In this document: in pieces, positions 24,180 through 37,964 of the stretch
Numbering within the stretch: position 1 is the stretch's first letter
Layout of the letters: every line of letters starts with the position of its first letter
DNA from: Octopus vulgaris
Taxonomy: Eukaryota
DNA length: 64,000 bases
NCBI GenBank assembly: GCA_951406725.2
Contig: OX597827.1
Span: forward strand, 186,001 to 250,000
Reading direction: 5' to 3'
Translations under genes and position numbers: made by a program
Notes under the pieces: generated by a model
Seen by the model: the letters and a program-made list of their open reading frames with translations, nothing else
What the model was told of the DNA's origin: nothing
Databases searched by the model: none

Positions 24180-25540
24180 TGCCTTGTATTTAATCAAGCC
24201 ACTGGTAAATTTTGATATCCAGCTTCCTCGCATATTGCATTATACTTCTTTCGTCTATTTAGATTGTTTTTATGACTTGAGTAGCGTTAATAAATCATGT
24301 TTAAATGTTTGCTTGGTGTTGTTAAATCATTACATGCAGCTTCATCAAATCAACCAGCAACCATCACAACAACAGCTCATCCCAGCAACATTGGTAAAGA
24401 GGCTCCTACAGAAATAGATATATATGGTGGTTGATAACCACCGTAATAGGTGATGAAGATGAAAGGTGTATCATACGTTTCACCTGGAAAGTGGATGGTC
24501 GGGTACTGGTAGAGAACTGACCATACAAACGCAACTTGAAAACAGAAAAGCCCAAACACAACTGCACACACAATTACACACTCACCTTCCCCAACTACCA
24601 CAGAACATAGCCGACCCAAAAGTGAAATCAAAAGGGTACTAGACGTTTCACAAGGTCAGAATATATCTCTACCATTATCACAACCGCAACTCAAACGAAA
24701 ATCATAAACACAATCATAACAATTGCAAAAACAGCAATTACAAAAGAAAGAGAAGAGACCACCTTGACCACAAGATCAACAATAATGATAACTACAACAA
24801 CAACAACAACAACAAAACACACTAGATCAGCCTTCGTACATCAGCTTCACTGTTGTTGGGAAGAGCAACATTGAACTAATAGAAGAGATGGTAAATGACA
24901 AACGATATAAATATCCCTTAATTGGGGGAAGATTTCGGAAGATTCTCCCCAAACCCCCAACAGACAGTCTACAGCAAAAACTGACTCACAAACTTACAGA
25001 CACCTAGAAGAGGACTACCCTTTCGACGTTAAGCTTTTTAGAAAAATACCCAACAAATACGTCTTAGAATATCAATTTGACGTTTTCCTCCAAACCAACG
25101 AAGAAGGTGGATCATGTGATCTTCTCCAAGGGCAAGATGAATAAACTCTCTATTTACTTTCTCTGACAAACATAGCTGTGCTGAGTGCGGGATGTATAAA
25201 TGTACGTGGCCTGGGGTCAGCCTTTAAGCACGTTAACCTGCTCAATGATCTTAGGTAGCTAGACATAGATAATATAGCAATCAGCAAGACCAGGATCTTT
25301 AGAGTGCAAGCATTCATCAATTTTCAACGACTATGAGATATTCTCATCTCCATCTCTATCAGGATCGGTGATGAGGTGGCAGCGTTATTCCGGAAATCTT
25401 TAGAGCTCGAGGTACAGGCTATATTCCTGGAACCAGACGGTAAACTGGTAGTCCTAGATGTGAACGGTAATAAAAGCAGTGTCTTCGGACAAGAGACTAT
25501 CTATGCCCTCGTCAGTGAGAGGACAAACTGATTGGAGCGG
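24180..25540 (+). mobile_element. Degenerate two-ORF L1/Tx1 element (ORF1 remnant and start of the ORF2 APE endonuclease)
   Basis: APTEID..WLITTV resembles the ORF1 units; GCINVRGLG...DNIAISKT at about 25185 and DPDGK-like EPDGKLVVLDV. Confidence 0.7.
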
Positions 25541-25549
25541 ATAGACGGG

Positions 25550-26015
25550 TGGAAAATCCATGAGCTAACTGCGCAACTGGACTGTGGTTACAATGAATTA
25601 CAAAAGATGGTAGAAGAATTTCGGTATCGGAATGTGTGTACGTATAGTAAGATGATACCCGATTTAATGGAATGAAATGGGGAAGTCTGCTATGATTTGC
25701 TAGAAGTGTTTGAAGTTAATGAAGAAAAGATTTTTATTCCCCGATCTGGAGAGAAGGCATGAAATGTAGGCATATCTTTATGATCCAGAAATGAAGGATC
25801 AGTCGATAGAATGGCGTCATACTTCCAATCTAAGACCTTAGAAGTTCAAGAGCCTGATCGGCACACAAAGTCATAGTGACTGTTTTGGTAGAATGATAAG
25901 AACGTTATTATCCTTGATTTTCTGAAACGTGGCTGTATCTTGAATAACGAACGGTATTTTGAGACACTACTTAGAGAAGTCATTAGAAGGAAGAGAGCAA
26001 ACAAGAATCTGAAAA

Positions 26016-26079
<64 letters not shown>

Positions 26080-26420
26080 CAGGAAAATACTTTACCACAA
26101 ACACCATTGGGAACAATTCAGGCAAGCGGCAACCTGTACTGGTCAGTGATCCCTATCCACTGTACAACCCGGATCTGGCGCCCTCCAACTTCCACTTGTT
26201 TGATACTATCAGTCTTCGAAGACAACCATTTGATGACACAGGCGTGGGAAAAGTTACTGTGTAGAGTGGGAACAACAGTGCACATCTGACATTTTTCAGA
26301 TAAGTTTCAAGAGATGAGTTCAACGATGGCGAAAATACTTCGTCTGTGATGGAGTCTATGTTGAGTGATACCTTTGTGTATATAATACCCTGTTTTGCAT
26401 TACTTTCAGTACAACCCTCA
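25550..26420 (+). mobile_element. Degenerate mariner transposon
   Basis: YDPEMKDQSIEWRH, TVFW, YNPDLAPSNFHLF; TIR-like end ..GTACAACCCTCA-TA. Confidence 0.8.
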
Positions 26421-27182
26421 TACACATACACATGAACGTATGTTTGTCATTGTCTTTATATTATACATGCTTGTTTATATCGACGAATGTGTTTGTATGT
26501 CGTAGCAACATCCATCCATATGTTTACATATTCCCTCTATCTCCCTGTTAATCTCTATCCGTTACTCCTTATAATTTCTTTTTCCATTTCACTTACAGTT
26601 CAGTCTGTTAGGATGGAACGACTGAAGGAGTAACTGACAATTAGTCGAAGTCACTTCTTCCAGAAGCAGGAAAATAATGCAACACATACTGATACAATGC
26701 ACCCCCTCTGACATTCATTAATAAATAAAAAAACTAGACAAACAAAATATTACATGTCAAGAGGGAATGGAGAATGTAAACGATGAAGAGAAGGAGAAAC
26801 AGAGAGTAAAGAAGGTGAGAGAGAGAGAGAGAGAGGAGAGGGTGACGTTAGAGGGGAGGAGAGACAGTAACAGAAGCAAGAGAAAGAGAAAGAGAGTGTG
26901 TTAATGCATTTAAAGTGAGAGAGAGGAGGAGAGAAATTGCTTTGTGTACGTATCGGGTGTAATACACACACAAACACATACAGAATATATTTTATATTAC
27001 ATTCCGTTATTGTTTACGTCGACAATAATGAGGGAGATAAAATAGGGGCTGACAGCTTTAGTTACTTTAGTGTGCGCGTGTTTATTAAATGTGAGTAAAA
27101 TGTGAGTGCTATTATGTGTCTAGGAAGCATTTGAACAGGAAGGAGGCCAAGTGATAGATAAATAACGTGTTTGTGTTTATAT

Positions 27183-27248
<66 letters not shown>

Positions 27249-27447
27249 GACAGGTAATTAGTAAATATGTGCACATCTTTAATGCGTTTGCATGTGGCAG
27301 AGAATGACAGAAAAAGACAGATTGATATGAGAAAAGAGAATTAAGAGAAATATGAAATGAAGCGAGAAGAACAAGTAGTCAGACATAAAGTGAATAAGAG
27401 TAATGTCTCTCTCTCTCTCTCTTTCTCTTTCTTTGTCTCTCTGTCTG

Positions 27448-28160
27448 TACACACACATACATACACACATACACACATACATACATACATACATACATAC
27501 ATACATACATACATAAATACATACATACACACATACATACATACATACATACATACATACATACATACATACATACATACATACACATACATACATACAT
27601 ACATACATACATACATACATACATACATACACATACACACATACATACATACATACATACATACATACATACATACATACATACATACATACATACATAC
27701 ATACATACATACATACATACATACATACATACATACATACATACACATACATACATACATACATACATACATACATACATACATACACACATACATACAT
27801 ACATACATACATACATACATACACACATACATACATACATACATACATACATACATACATACACATACATACATACACACATACATACATACATACATAC
27901 ATACATACATACATACATACAGACATACACACATACATACATACACACATACATACATACATACATACACACATACATACATACATACATAAATACATAC
28001 ATACACACATACATACATACATACATACATACACACATACATACATACATACATACATACACACATACATACATACATACATACACACATACATACATAC
28101 ATACATACATACATACATACATACATACATACATACATACATACATACATACATACATAC
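27448..28160. repeat. Long (CATA)n/(CA)n microsatellite, about 710 bp
   Basis: Seen directly. Confidence 0.98.
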
Positions 28161-29804
28161 GGTTAAACGACAACAAATATGTGTGCTGTATAGTACATGT
28201 AAATGTGAGCGAAAATCTTGTCTTACCTCTCTTTTTTTGTAGCTGCTAGATTAGAGGGCAGTCTTTTACTTTTTCTACATTAGATGCCATCAAGGAAAAG
28301 GGAGTTGACGGTGGCAGCGACCACGCCTGGTCCAGGTGAGGGAAGCTACCTTCCTTGAAACGACGGTCAGTTATATAATAACTGTTAAGCCCGAGAGGCA
28401 AAAACAAATGCATACGGTGTCATGCTGTTGCAAATCTACTGTCCGTTTCTTCAGATATCGGCCAGTAGTTTGCTCCTTCTATATTTTGAGATTCCGCTTT
28501 CTTGACAATCCGCCATGGAATCGTTTAATAACCAGCGCTCTGCACTTATCAACAGACACAAAAAAAAAAGCATAGGGGGGACCAACGAATACTGAGAAAA
28601 TTAGAGTCAGTAAATCGAAATTAATACTATTCACACGTGTGCATTGTCTTGAAAGAGAAAACAGTATTATTAAAAATGAATCAATTTCGTTTGAAATATT
28701 AGTTTTAAGCATTTAATGAAAATTTAACTTTGCGAAACGAAGTCAAATTTCAGCAATCGCTTCCACATTTTGAAAGCACCTGAAAATAATTTAATTTAGC
28801 GTCTTATCCAAACAAGAAAAGTATCGTTCACTGAATGTGTTTACGTTTACGTGTGTGTTTGTATATGCGCTTTTGTTTATTTTACTGTATGTGTCTAACT
28901 GCTGTGATTAGAAAGATGAAGAGGAACAGAACGTAAAAAAATGTAACCTTTCTCCATACAATTTAATCATAAAATATTTATGTATCACTCCACTTATATA
29001 TCTCCCTCTTTCTATCTATTTTGTTAGCTAGCTATCTGCCTGACAATCGTCCGTCTGTCTATCAGATTGTCAATGTATTGGTGTAAACTTGCTTACGTAG
29101 GCACACAAACTTACTGTTGAAGGAGATAGAAAAATATAGAAAATTAAAAAGGAATGAAGCTGTTATGTGTCAGAGAGACAGAGACAGAGTGTGAGAGTGG
29201 TTGTGTGTGTGTGTGTGTGTGTGTGTGAATTATATGTTTCGCTATGTATCGATATCTGTGTAAAGAACACCGATACACACATTACAACCCGTGTTAACCT
29301 ATAGACATGACATTTCAAGCTTTAACGTTGCTTAAGTTGCTACATCTAAAGCTAATAAGTTTGAGATGTTTTTTCTTTCATGTTTCCAACACACTGCCCT
29401 GGCTCTCTTTTGTTTGTTTCCAGTTGTCATACGGTGGATTTAGACTGAGATGTGTATCTAGTTTGATACCTTACTATTCAGAGTTCAATTCACATTCGAA
29501 TCAATATTTGCAAGTATAATACATAGAGGTCCGTGCTTGACATTTCTTAATCAAACAGTTGTATAGAATTTTGATATGCTGCATCGATTTGTTTCTCCAC
29601 AGTAAAGTTCGAACTGGACGAGAAAAAAAAATCAGTTATACAGTGCTCCCGCTGCATACAGCTGTAAACTGTTTCTACAGAATGAGACGAGTTGGCGCTG
29701 CTGTCTGGACGTCGGCGATTCGGCACGGCTGACTTGATATTCAACCTCCTTTGGAGGTGGTATGTTTTGGCACTGAAGATTGCACAGGCGCGCACACAGA
29801 AATA

Positions 29805-30140
<336 letters not shown>

Positions 30141-30745
30141 ACATTAAAACAAAAGAAACGTTAAAGCGTCTGGTGTGAAGTCATCGTCGAGCCAACGACA
30201 GCAAATAAGCGGAGCCAAAACAGATGTGCCAAAATGTCTCATACCTTTACGACTAACTAGACATAAGAACTCAACGAAGTCTTTGCATGGCAGTCAGACA
30301 ATTTGTTGTCACTACCAACTACAACTATAACAAAGTGATTGGCAGGAATCCTCTGCTTATACGTGAAATAATGAGTTCCTGGAAAAATTACTGTAACATG
30401 AAATCACGACGTGAAATTGACTTTGCTATTGGTTTTCATCCTCTAAAAAATACATTCGAATGGAATTTCTTCGAAACGACTACAACCAAGCAACATAACT
30501 ACTTTTACGAATGAAAATAATTATAGACTCTTCCTGTGTTACGGTTTCCCCCGGTTGTTTCGCGCTTACGGAAATTTTAAAGTATGATAACTAATTTCGA
30601 AATACTATCTGCAATTCTGTCCTTACGGAAATTCGGATGAATTTTAATAATTTAAATACTACACTTTCTTCTTAGTCAAAAGGCTACCCCTCGACGTTTT
30701 AGCTAAGATCAAAATACAGTTTACAATCTCAAAATCTATGATTAA

Positions 30746-30943
30746 ACATACATACATACATACATACATACATACATACATACATGCATACATGCATACA
30801 TACATACATACATACATACATACATACATACATACATACATACATACATACATACATACATGCATACATACATACATACATACATACATACATACATACA
30901 TACATACATACATACATACATACATACATACATACATACATAC
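30746..30943. repeat. (CATA)n microsatellite
   Basis: Seen directly. Confidence 0.97.
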
Positions 30944-31382
30944 AGACATATATATGTACGTACTATCTGGGGAAAGCTACAAGTATCTTGAAAGGATGAG
31001 CTATGAAGAGGCCATCAATAAGGAGAGGACAGAAATGCTTCAAGAGAGTTTTAAAGCATATGATCGTCTGAACTCTCAGCTTATCGCCCACATCTTCACA
31101 TTCCTTATCCTCACATCCACATTCTAAACTGGTTACTGCAGGAGATAGACGTACGGACTCGCGAGCTTCTCGGTGATTCCGGAAACTTCAACATCAGTGG
31201 AGATGTAGACAGGCTATACTTCCCACATCAGGGTGATGGCAGTGTTCTAAAATCTGTATCGATGTCACATGAGGCACCTATCGTGTCAGTGATGCAACAT
31301 CTTCAATAGAAGAAAGACGTCAGCAACTATCGTGCTTATAGTTTGCAAGTAGGAAAACTAGAACATCATTAGGTTAGCAAAG

Positions 31383-31464
31383 TGTTGTGGTGGACGCCCC
31401 CAGGTGAGAAGTGGGCTGGACCACAACTAATAAATAGTGGACTGACACAGTCAGTAATGTCACT
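31383..31464 (+). promoter_or_regulatory. U3 part of an LTR related to the Mag LTR at 16746
   Basis: TGTTGTG..GACGCCCCCAGGTGAGAAGTGGGCTGGACCAC..ATAAA versus TGTTGTG..GACGCTCCCTGGCGAGAATGGACTGGACCAC..ATAAA; TCAGT at 31451. Confidence 0.72.
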
Positions 31465-33170
31465 GCGCGAGGTATTTTGATGTTTTTAAAATCATTTTTG
31501 ATCCCTGTGAGTTAAATAGTGAGTTAAAAAAATTATACACTTGCTGAAGATCTCCCGTGAGGGTGAACCTGCTGGTTGAATATCATTGTTAAACTGTTGA
31601 ATTGTTGTTGGTGTTTTTGTCTGTGAAATTACAATTGTTTTCTTCCCCAGTCATAGGTGAAGAAGACAAGAAACAGAGGATGAAGTGCGAACCAATTCCA
31701 GCCGACAGCTATGCTTCAGCCACTGGAAGAAGTTTGACAGCTGACGTGTTGCAGGTACGAGAGATAAAGATGGAGCAGAGGAAGCTGAAGTTCAACAGAC
31801 TCATACAGAAATATAGAACCAGTTTGAGGTTGACACCGCCAGAAAATTTAACAACGAGCGAGATGAAGCGGACAGTGGTGCATAGAACGCTGTCCAAGAC
31901 ATCGAAGAAAATAGAAATAGCACAGTAGAAGCTATACAGGAATGCTTAAAGGAGGTAAAAAGCTTCACAGCATTTTATACGAGAGGGAGGAAATACGGCA
32001 CAGTGGAGGTAAGGTTCGCTACAAAAAGCGATAAACCACTCCACTGTGGCACAAAGGATACCTGAGTGGACAGGGTAAGGATTGGCAGAGTACCCCCGCA
32101 AATTGAGGAGGCGTGGCTGGTGGTAGCCATCCTGTATAATATGGAGGAGGACGTGAAGGTGTTGAAGGTGACGAGGACGAGAGAGGTGAACTAATGGGGC
32201 TACAGCCTCGAAGTAGCCATCCAGCTCGGTTTACAAGACTTGCATAAGATAGCGGAAGAGGTAATACTACCAAAGGATGTGAAATTGAGAGTAGAGGTGG
32301 AGGGAAGACCTCCAACCTGTTACCTATGTGGAGTAAGGGGATACATGAGAGCAAGGTGTCCCAGAACGATGATAAAGATGAAAAGGAGCAATAGCAGCAG
32401 GTGAAGAGCAGCAGCAAAATGCAGAAGCGACGAACCCAGTGTCCAGAGAAGGTGGAGGAAGAGTATATGGTGGTGAATAGGAAGAAGAAAGGAAAGAAGA
32501 CGTGGACTCACCGCCAATGAGACCACTAAAGAAAAGAAAGAAGAGTAAACAAGAAGCACAACATGAGATACCAACAACATGAAAGGAAGCCAACGCGGAA
32601 AAACAAGTGGGACAACAGAAACTAACGAATAAAAAAGAACCAAAACATAAATGACATATGGTAACATATGCGAAAAGTACAGAGATAGAGAAGAAAATCA
32701 CAAAAATGAAAACAGTAATAAGAGTGAAACTAACGACGGAATACTATCCAGAGAGCACCAAAGAAATTATTATTGACTACGAGAGCTGTTCGGAAAGAAA
32801 ATAGACCCAACGGAAGTACGCGTCGAGTTCGACGACTTGCCGCCAGTAATAGAGTACGATGACCTGTTGCTGTACATAAAATTGTAAAAAAAAGTAAATA
32901 TTAAAAAATTTTAGATGAGTGTAAAAACATGCAAAAAGGGGGAAAAGAGGAAAAAAACTGATTCATAAACATTAAACGGAAAACATTTAAATGATACTGC
33001 CAGAGAGTGGGGAGCAGGCAACCCATTTCATCATCAGTGTTATAATCCATCCTTCCTTTGTTCGTTCTGTGTTTCATGCCCCCACTGTGGTGTTTTGTTT
33101 GTCCTTGTGCTGTCCCCTCAGTGTTACGGCCTGCATGCCGAATAAAGGAAAAAAATAAAGGAAAAAAGAA
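31465..33170 (+). mobile_element. ORF1-only L1/Tx1-like unit (ORF about 31680-32887, frameshifted) with 3' UTR, AATAAA and A-rich tail
   Basis: MKCEPIPADSYASA, GRKYGTVEVRF, GRPPTCYLCGVRG..RARCP, VEFDDLPPVIEYDDLL; no RT. Confidence 0.8.
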
Positions 33171-33174
33171 GGAA

Positions 33175-33357
33175 AATGATATAAAAACTTTGTATTAAAA
33201 CAGTTAAGAGTGAGGTTCAAGCAACCATTACATCCTCATTTAATTATTATACATCACTCATTCATTCGTTTTATGTTTTTTGTCCCCACTGTGGTGTTTT
33301 GTCTGTTCTTGTGCCGTCCCCCGGTGTGTCGTAACCTGTGTGCCAAATAAAGAAAAA
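33175..33357 (+). mobile_element. 5'-truncated 3' UTR copy of the same family
   Basis: CCCCACTGTGGTGTTTTGTCTGTTCTTGTG...AATAAAGAAAAA, paralogous to 33080-33155. Confidence 0.8.
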
Positions 33358-33361
33358 CAGT

Positions 33362-34852
33362 CCGCGAGGTATTTTTGTTAGTGTTCAATCAATTTTGATT
33401 CCGGTTGACGTAAGTCGTGATGTACTTTGTTGTATCTTTGTTGAAGGCTCTCCATGTTTTGTTGACTTTGTTTAATACCGTAGCTGTTTTTGCCTGCGGG
33501 CCTGTTAAATTTCGTGTTTGTCTTCTTCCCCATTTTGGAGTGAAGTAACTGAAAAAAATGGAAAAATGGAATGTGAACCAGTTCCAGCACATGCCGGGAG
33601 TTATGCTTCAGCAGCTGGGAAAAGTGCAGATTCGCTAGAAGTGCGAGAAATTAGAATTGAACAAAGGAAGCTAAAGGAATACTACAGGCCGATTCAGAAA
33701 GAGAGAGCCAGTTTAAAGCTGACCCCTCCAGAAGAAGTGACAACCAGTACCAAGAAAACAACAGTGGTGTACAGAACACTATCGACAGCGACCAACAAAA
33801 TAGAGATAGCTACAGAAGAAGCAATTGAAGAATGTCTGAAGGAAATTAAGAACCTGACAACATTCTATACAACAGGCAGAAAATACGGCACAGTGGAGGT
33901 GAGATCTGCCAACGAACAGGAGGCAATAAATCACTCCATTGTGACGCTGAAGACAGAAAAATGGGTACTCTTGCCTACCTACTGCGGCAAAAGGGGCGCC
34001 TGATGAGAATAGGTAGAGTGCCAACAGAAATCAAAGAAACGTGGCTGGTGGAATCCGTAATGCATAAAACCGAAGAGGAGTCCAAAAGTCTAAATGTGAG
34101 ACGAAGAAAGATGGTAAATTGTGGGGATACGGACTAGAAATGGTCATCTAGGTGGGACATCAAGATCTAATGAAATTACTGAAGAAGTAATACTACCGGA
34201 GGACATAAGTTTGAGAGTGGTGGTAGAAGGAAGGCCACCAACTTGCTATCAATGCAAAAAGGACACATTAGAATAAAGTGTCCTCAGAAAATAAAAAAAA
34301 AGAACGAGGAAAGCCAACAGGATCAGAATACCGAAGTGGCGGACCTAGAAAATGAAAAATGCTCGAAAGAAGCGGAAGAACCATTTACCAAAAGATAAAG
34401 GAAATGACTTGTGAACTCACCTCTGAAGAGTCCAATAAAGAAAAAGAAGAGTGAAGTAGATTGAACATATTTTTCACTTCATGAACCTCCACCAGCATCA
34501 ACAACAAAGGAAAAAGAAAATGAAACCATCACAGGCAACCAAATTCCACAGCAGGAACGAACGGTCAAGAGACCCGGAAAAAAACAAAAAATAAATGGCA
34601 TATGATAACATATACAGAAAACACAGACATAGAAAGGAAAAAATCAAATTTAAATCGGTGATAAGAGTTAAATTACCAACGGAACATTTCCCAGAAAGTA
34701 GAAAAGCCATTGTAATAGACAAAAGAGAGATATGAGAAATTGAAGAAATGGTTTGGAAATAAAACAGAATCAATGGGGGTGAGGGTAGAGTTTGACGATC
34801 TACCGCCAGTTATAGATTACGACGACTTTTTGCCATATATAAAATGGTAAAG
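33362..34852 (+). mobile_element. Second ORF1-like unit in tandem (ORF about 33566-34849), 3' end lost at a Penelope fragment
   Basis: Same 5' end CGCGAGGTATTTT; MECEPVPAHAGSYASA, GRKYGTVEV, LLPTYCGKR, GRPPTCYQC..GHIRIKCP, VEFDDLPPVIDYDDFL. Confidence 0.82.
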
Positions 34853-35180
34853 CTTTTAAAACCAACGGGTACCCTAGAGCCATTATAAATTGGCTTAAGT
34901 ACCCGAGACGGACCAATACGCCGAACACATAGAAAACCCAGCAACACATACTTTCTTAAAATACCCCCATTTTAGCGAGAGGATAACTACATCCCTTCGA
35001 AGAGCCATAAGAAGAGAAGGGCTAGACATACAACCAGCCCACTCCGGCCCCTCTCTGAGAGGACACCTCGCAAAGAAACAAACAAGGGACAACAATCAAT
35101 GCACACTTACAAACTGTCCCATCCGTGACACAGATTTATGTCAACGGGTAAATGTCGGGTATAGAATACAATGTAACAAC
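34853..35180 (+). mobile_element. Penelope-like fragment (RT to GIY-YIG linker)
   Basis: NGYP, FLKIPHFSE-like, IRREGLDI, CTLTNCPIRDTDLCQRVNVGYRIQC. Confidence 0.75.
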
Positions 35181-35679
35181 CTCTCCCCCGAAATTGCTGG
35201 CCTTGTGCCAAACTTTGAAATCAGTATTATGTAGGCATTTCATTCTAAGTTCATGAGACTTATAAAGGATATTACCTGGACATTTAAGAATTTCCCATAA
35301 TTCAGCACAGCAAATGGTGCCCATGCCTATCATTTGAGTATGGTAAAACATATTTTATTATGCTCCGAGTAATTTGGAATTCAATTTTTGACCGTAGCCT
35401 TAAAACAATTATTGAAGGAAAAAAGAATTATTGTAAAATCTTTACTTGAAATTTGCATGAGGTGGAACCGATATAGGTAAAAGTGTATAGGTTAGTTATG
35501 TAAAGCATAAATTATTCAGAGGACATAGAAATTTGTTTTTAGAATTAGATAATTGAGATATATGGCAATCAGTGCAACTAGTTTTATGTAAGGCTGGTAG
35601 AGAACCGAGATTATTGTTTGACCCAATAGAATTATTCAGTTACATAATTCACTTGCCAAGGCACCAGGCTTAAAAAATA

Positions 35680-35760
35680 TACAGGTCGTCGTCGACTTAC
35701 AAACTATCCGACTTACGACCGATCGACTTTACGACGATTGACGCGCCAGCTCCTGCCAGC
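35680..35760 (+). mobile_element. Tigger/pogo-like terminal remnant
   Basis: TA-CAGGTCGTCGTCGACTTAC with repeated CGACTTAC subterminal motifs; only one end seen. Confidence 0.5.
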
Positions 35761-35997
35761 AATAATAAATAGTCCTGTTGAAATCTAATGGGTTTAATTT
35801 CTTGGATTAATTGTTCCATAAAAGAAAAGAGATGACGGGTGAACAGATGACAAAGTCTAGTTGATTCAGTTTAAATGTATTGCATTCTAACTACAAATAT
35901 TATTTTTAAAATGTAATATTTAAAAACATATTATTTAAAAAATAGCCGAAAGCCCTAATTATATGATAGTTGTAAGGGTAAGAACATGATATATATA

Positions 35998-36516
35998 TGA
36001 GGGGATGCTGAAATGTTCCTGGGTTTAAGAGTATCACGAAAGGCCTAGTTGGAGGCCCAATCTTCCGAGTTATTTTACAGTGTTTAAAAAACTGAAGAAC
36101 TGCTGCGAAAAATGTGTGAATCTGAGAGGGAAATATATTGGAATACAGAGACATTGTTGTGTGATGGAGGAAAAAGACAAGAGAAAAAGAAGCAAAAGGG
36201 AGAAAGAAATACAGAGACCTTATCTGCTGACCGAAGCGGGATGAGCAATCACTGTCCTTATCGTCAAGAAAAAACACGTCCTTCCACACTCGCCGTCTCT
36301 CTTCGAACTGCCCCACGTGCTTCTGCCCGCGCATGTCCCCGTGGCTCTTCTGCCGGCCCCTGCAGTCTTCACTTCCGTTTACCTCATCTGCAATCCTCTC
36401 CACCAACACCACATAGATCATCACAGCCCATAACACCACTAACACCACAATCATAATTGTCTAATCACCCTGTATTTTCTTTTACCCAAAGCCAGGAACT
36501 TTTCAGCACTCCCTCG
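35998..36516. mobile_element. Mariner-derived MITE
   Basis: TA|TGAGGGGATGCTGAAATGTTCCTGG ... CCAGGAACTTTTCAGCACTCCCTCG|TA. Confidence 0.85.
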
Positions 36517-36598
36517 TATTGTGCCAATAAAATAAAACAAAGTGACATCAAATTTAAAAGATCAAATTTTGCAAAACTCGAAGGAATATACAATAATA

Positions 36599-37890
36599 CG
36601 AGGGACGATCAATAAGTAATGCCCCTGACCCATTTGCAGTTGTTTGATCTAGCTAAAATTTTGCATGTGAAATTATTACTATCTATATAGATTAAGTGGT
36701 AAATTACAGCTCTAAACTAATTGTGGTTTCTGATTTACAGGTGTTTGAACTGAGTCAAGTGTGAAATGGAGCCTGTTGAGTGTCGAGCAGTGATCCGGTT
36801 TTTGTATTTGAAAGGACGCACACCACGGGAGACTTTTGATGAAATGAAAGTAACTTATGGTAATGATGCCCCATCATATGACCTTGTAAAACGCTGGCAT
36901 CGTGAATTCAAACATGGTCGGAACTCTGTGGAAACAGCTCCCAGATCTGGTTGCCCCCTTTCTGCCATTGATGAGGCACCTGTCCGTCAAGTTGAGGCTG
37001 CCATTTTGGAAGATCGACGCATAACTATTCGCCAAATAGCCTATGAGGTCAAGATTAGTACCGGGTCTGTGGAAACTATCATTCATGACCATTTGCATAT
37101 GCAAAAGGTGTCTGCCAGATGGATTCCCAAGTTGCTCACACCTTTCCAGAAGCAAGAACGCGTTGAGTGCTCAAGGATGAATTTGGAGATGTGCCAAGAA
37201 GATAAGTCAAAATTTTTCAAAAGACTGATTACCCAGGTTTCATCCTGGATCCATCACTATGATCTAGAGACCAAAGCCCAGTCAATGCAGTGGAAGCACC
37301 ATGACTCACCTCCTCCAAAGAAGGCAAGGGTGCAGCCCTTCGCTGGTAAGGTCATGCTCACAGTCTTCTGGGACCAGGACGGAATAGTGATGACAGGTTT
37401 CCTGGCAAAGGGTTCCACAATTACAGGAGCCTATTATGCTTCACTTTTGAGGAAATTAAGAGAAGCTATCAAAATCAAGAGGCGGGGCAAGATCAGCAAA
37501 GGCATCCTCCTCCTGCAGGACAGCGCTCCGGTCCACAACTCACGTGTTGCCAGATCAGAAACACAGGCGTGCGGCTATGAACTCTTTCCCCATACCCCTA
37601 CTCTCCTGACCTTGCACCCTCTGATTTTCACCTCTTCCCAGCCATGAGGTTGTTTTTGAAAGGAAAGCGTTTCCCAGATGATACGGCCTTGATTTCTGAA
37701 GTTATGTCGTGGTTGGAGGACCAAGCTGGGGTCCTCTACAAAAACGGTCTCCAGAGCTGCATCAAACGATGGGGAAAATGCGTAACTCTGGGTGGTCCCT
37801 ATGTAGAAAAAGACTAATAACTGTGCCAAGTTTTGTTGCTCTACTGCTATGAGAAGTGAGTCAGGGGCATTACTTATTGAACGCCCCTCG
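36599..37890 (+). mobile_element. Full-length mariner transposon (1292 bp)
   Basis: 31-bp TIRs CGAGGGACGATCAATAAGTAATGCCCCTGAC and GTCAGGGGCATTACTTATTGAACGCCCCTCG; TA TSD. Confidence 0.96.
36766..37817 (+). pseudogene. Mariner DD34D transposase; frameshift near 37590 and first catalytic Asp lost
   Basis: HTH region, ARWIPKLL, ITQVSSW (in place of ITxDETW), LLQDSAPVH, YSPDLAPSDFHLF in a shifted frame. Confidence 0.92.
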
Positions 37891-37964
37891 TATGATATGA
37901 AAAAATTTTATATGGAAAAAATATTTTTTTCGAGACACAAGCATAAAATCATTGGGGTTAAGAA

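Noticed and set aside
27279-28176. Long MYVC/HTYI ORFs (also at 30.7 kb, 52.3 kb and the YIYI ORFs)
   Set aside because: Translations of stop-free (CATA)n and (TA)n microsatellites.
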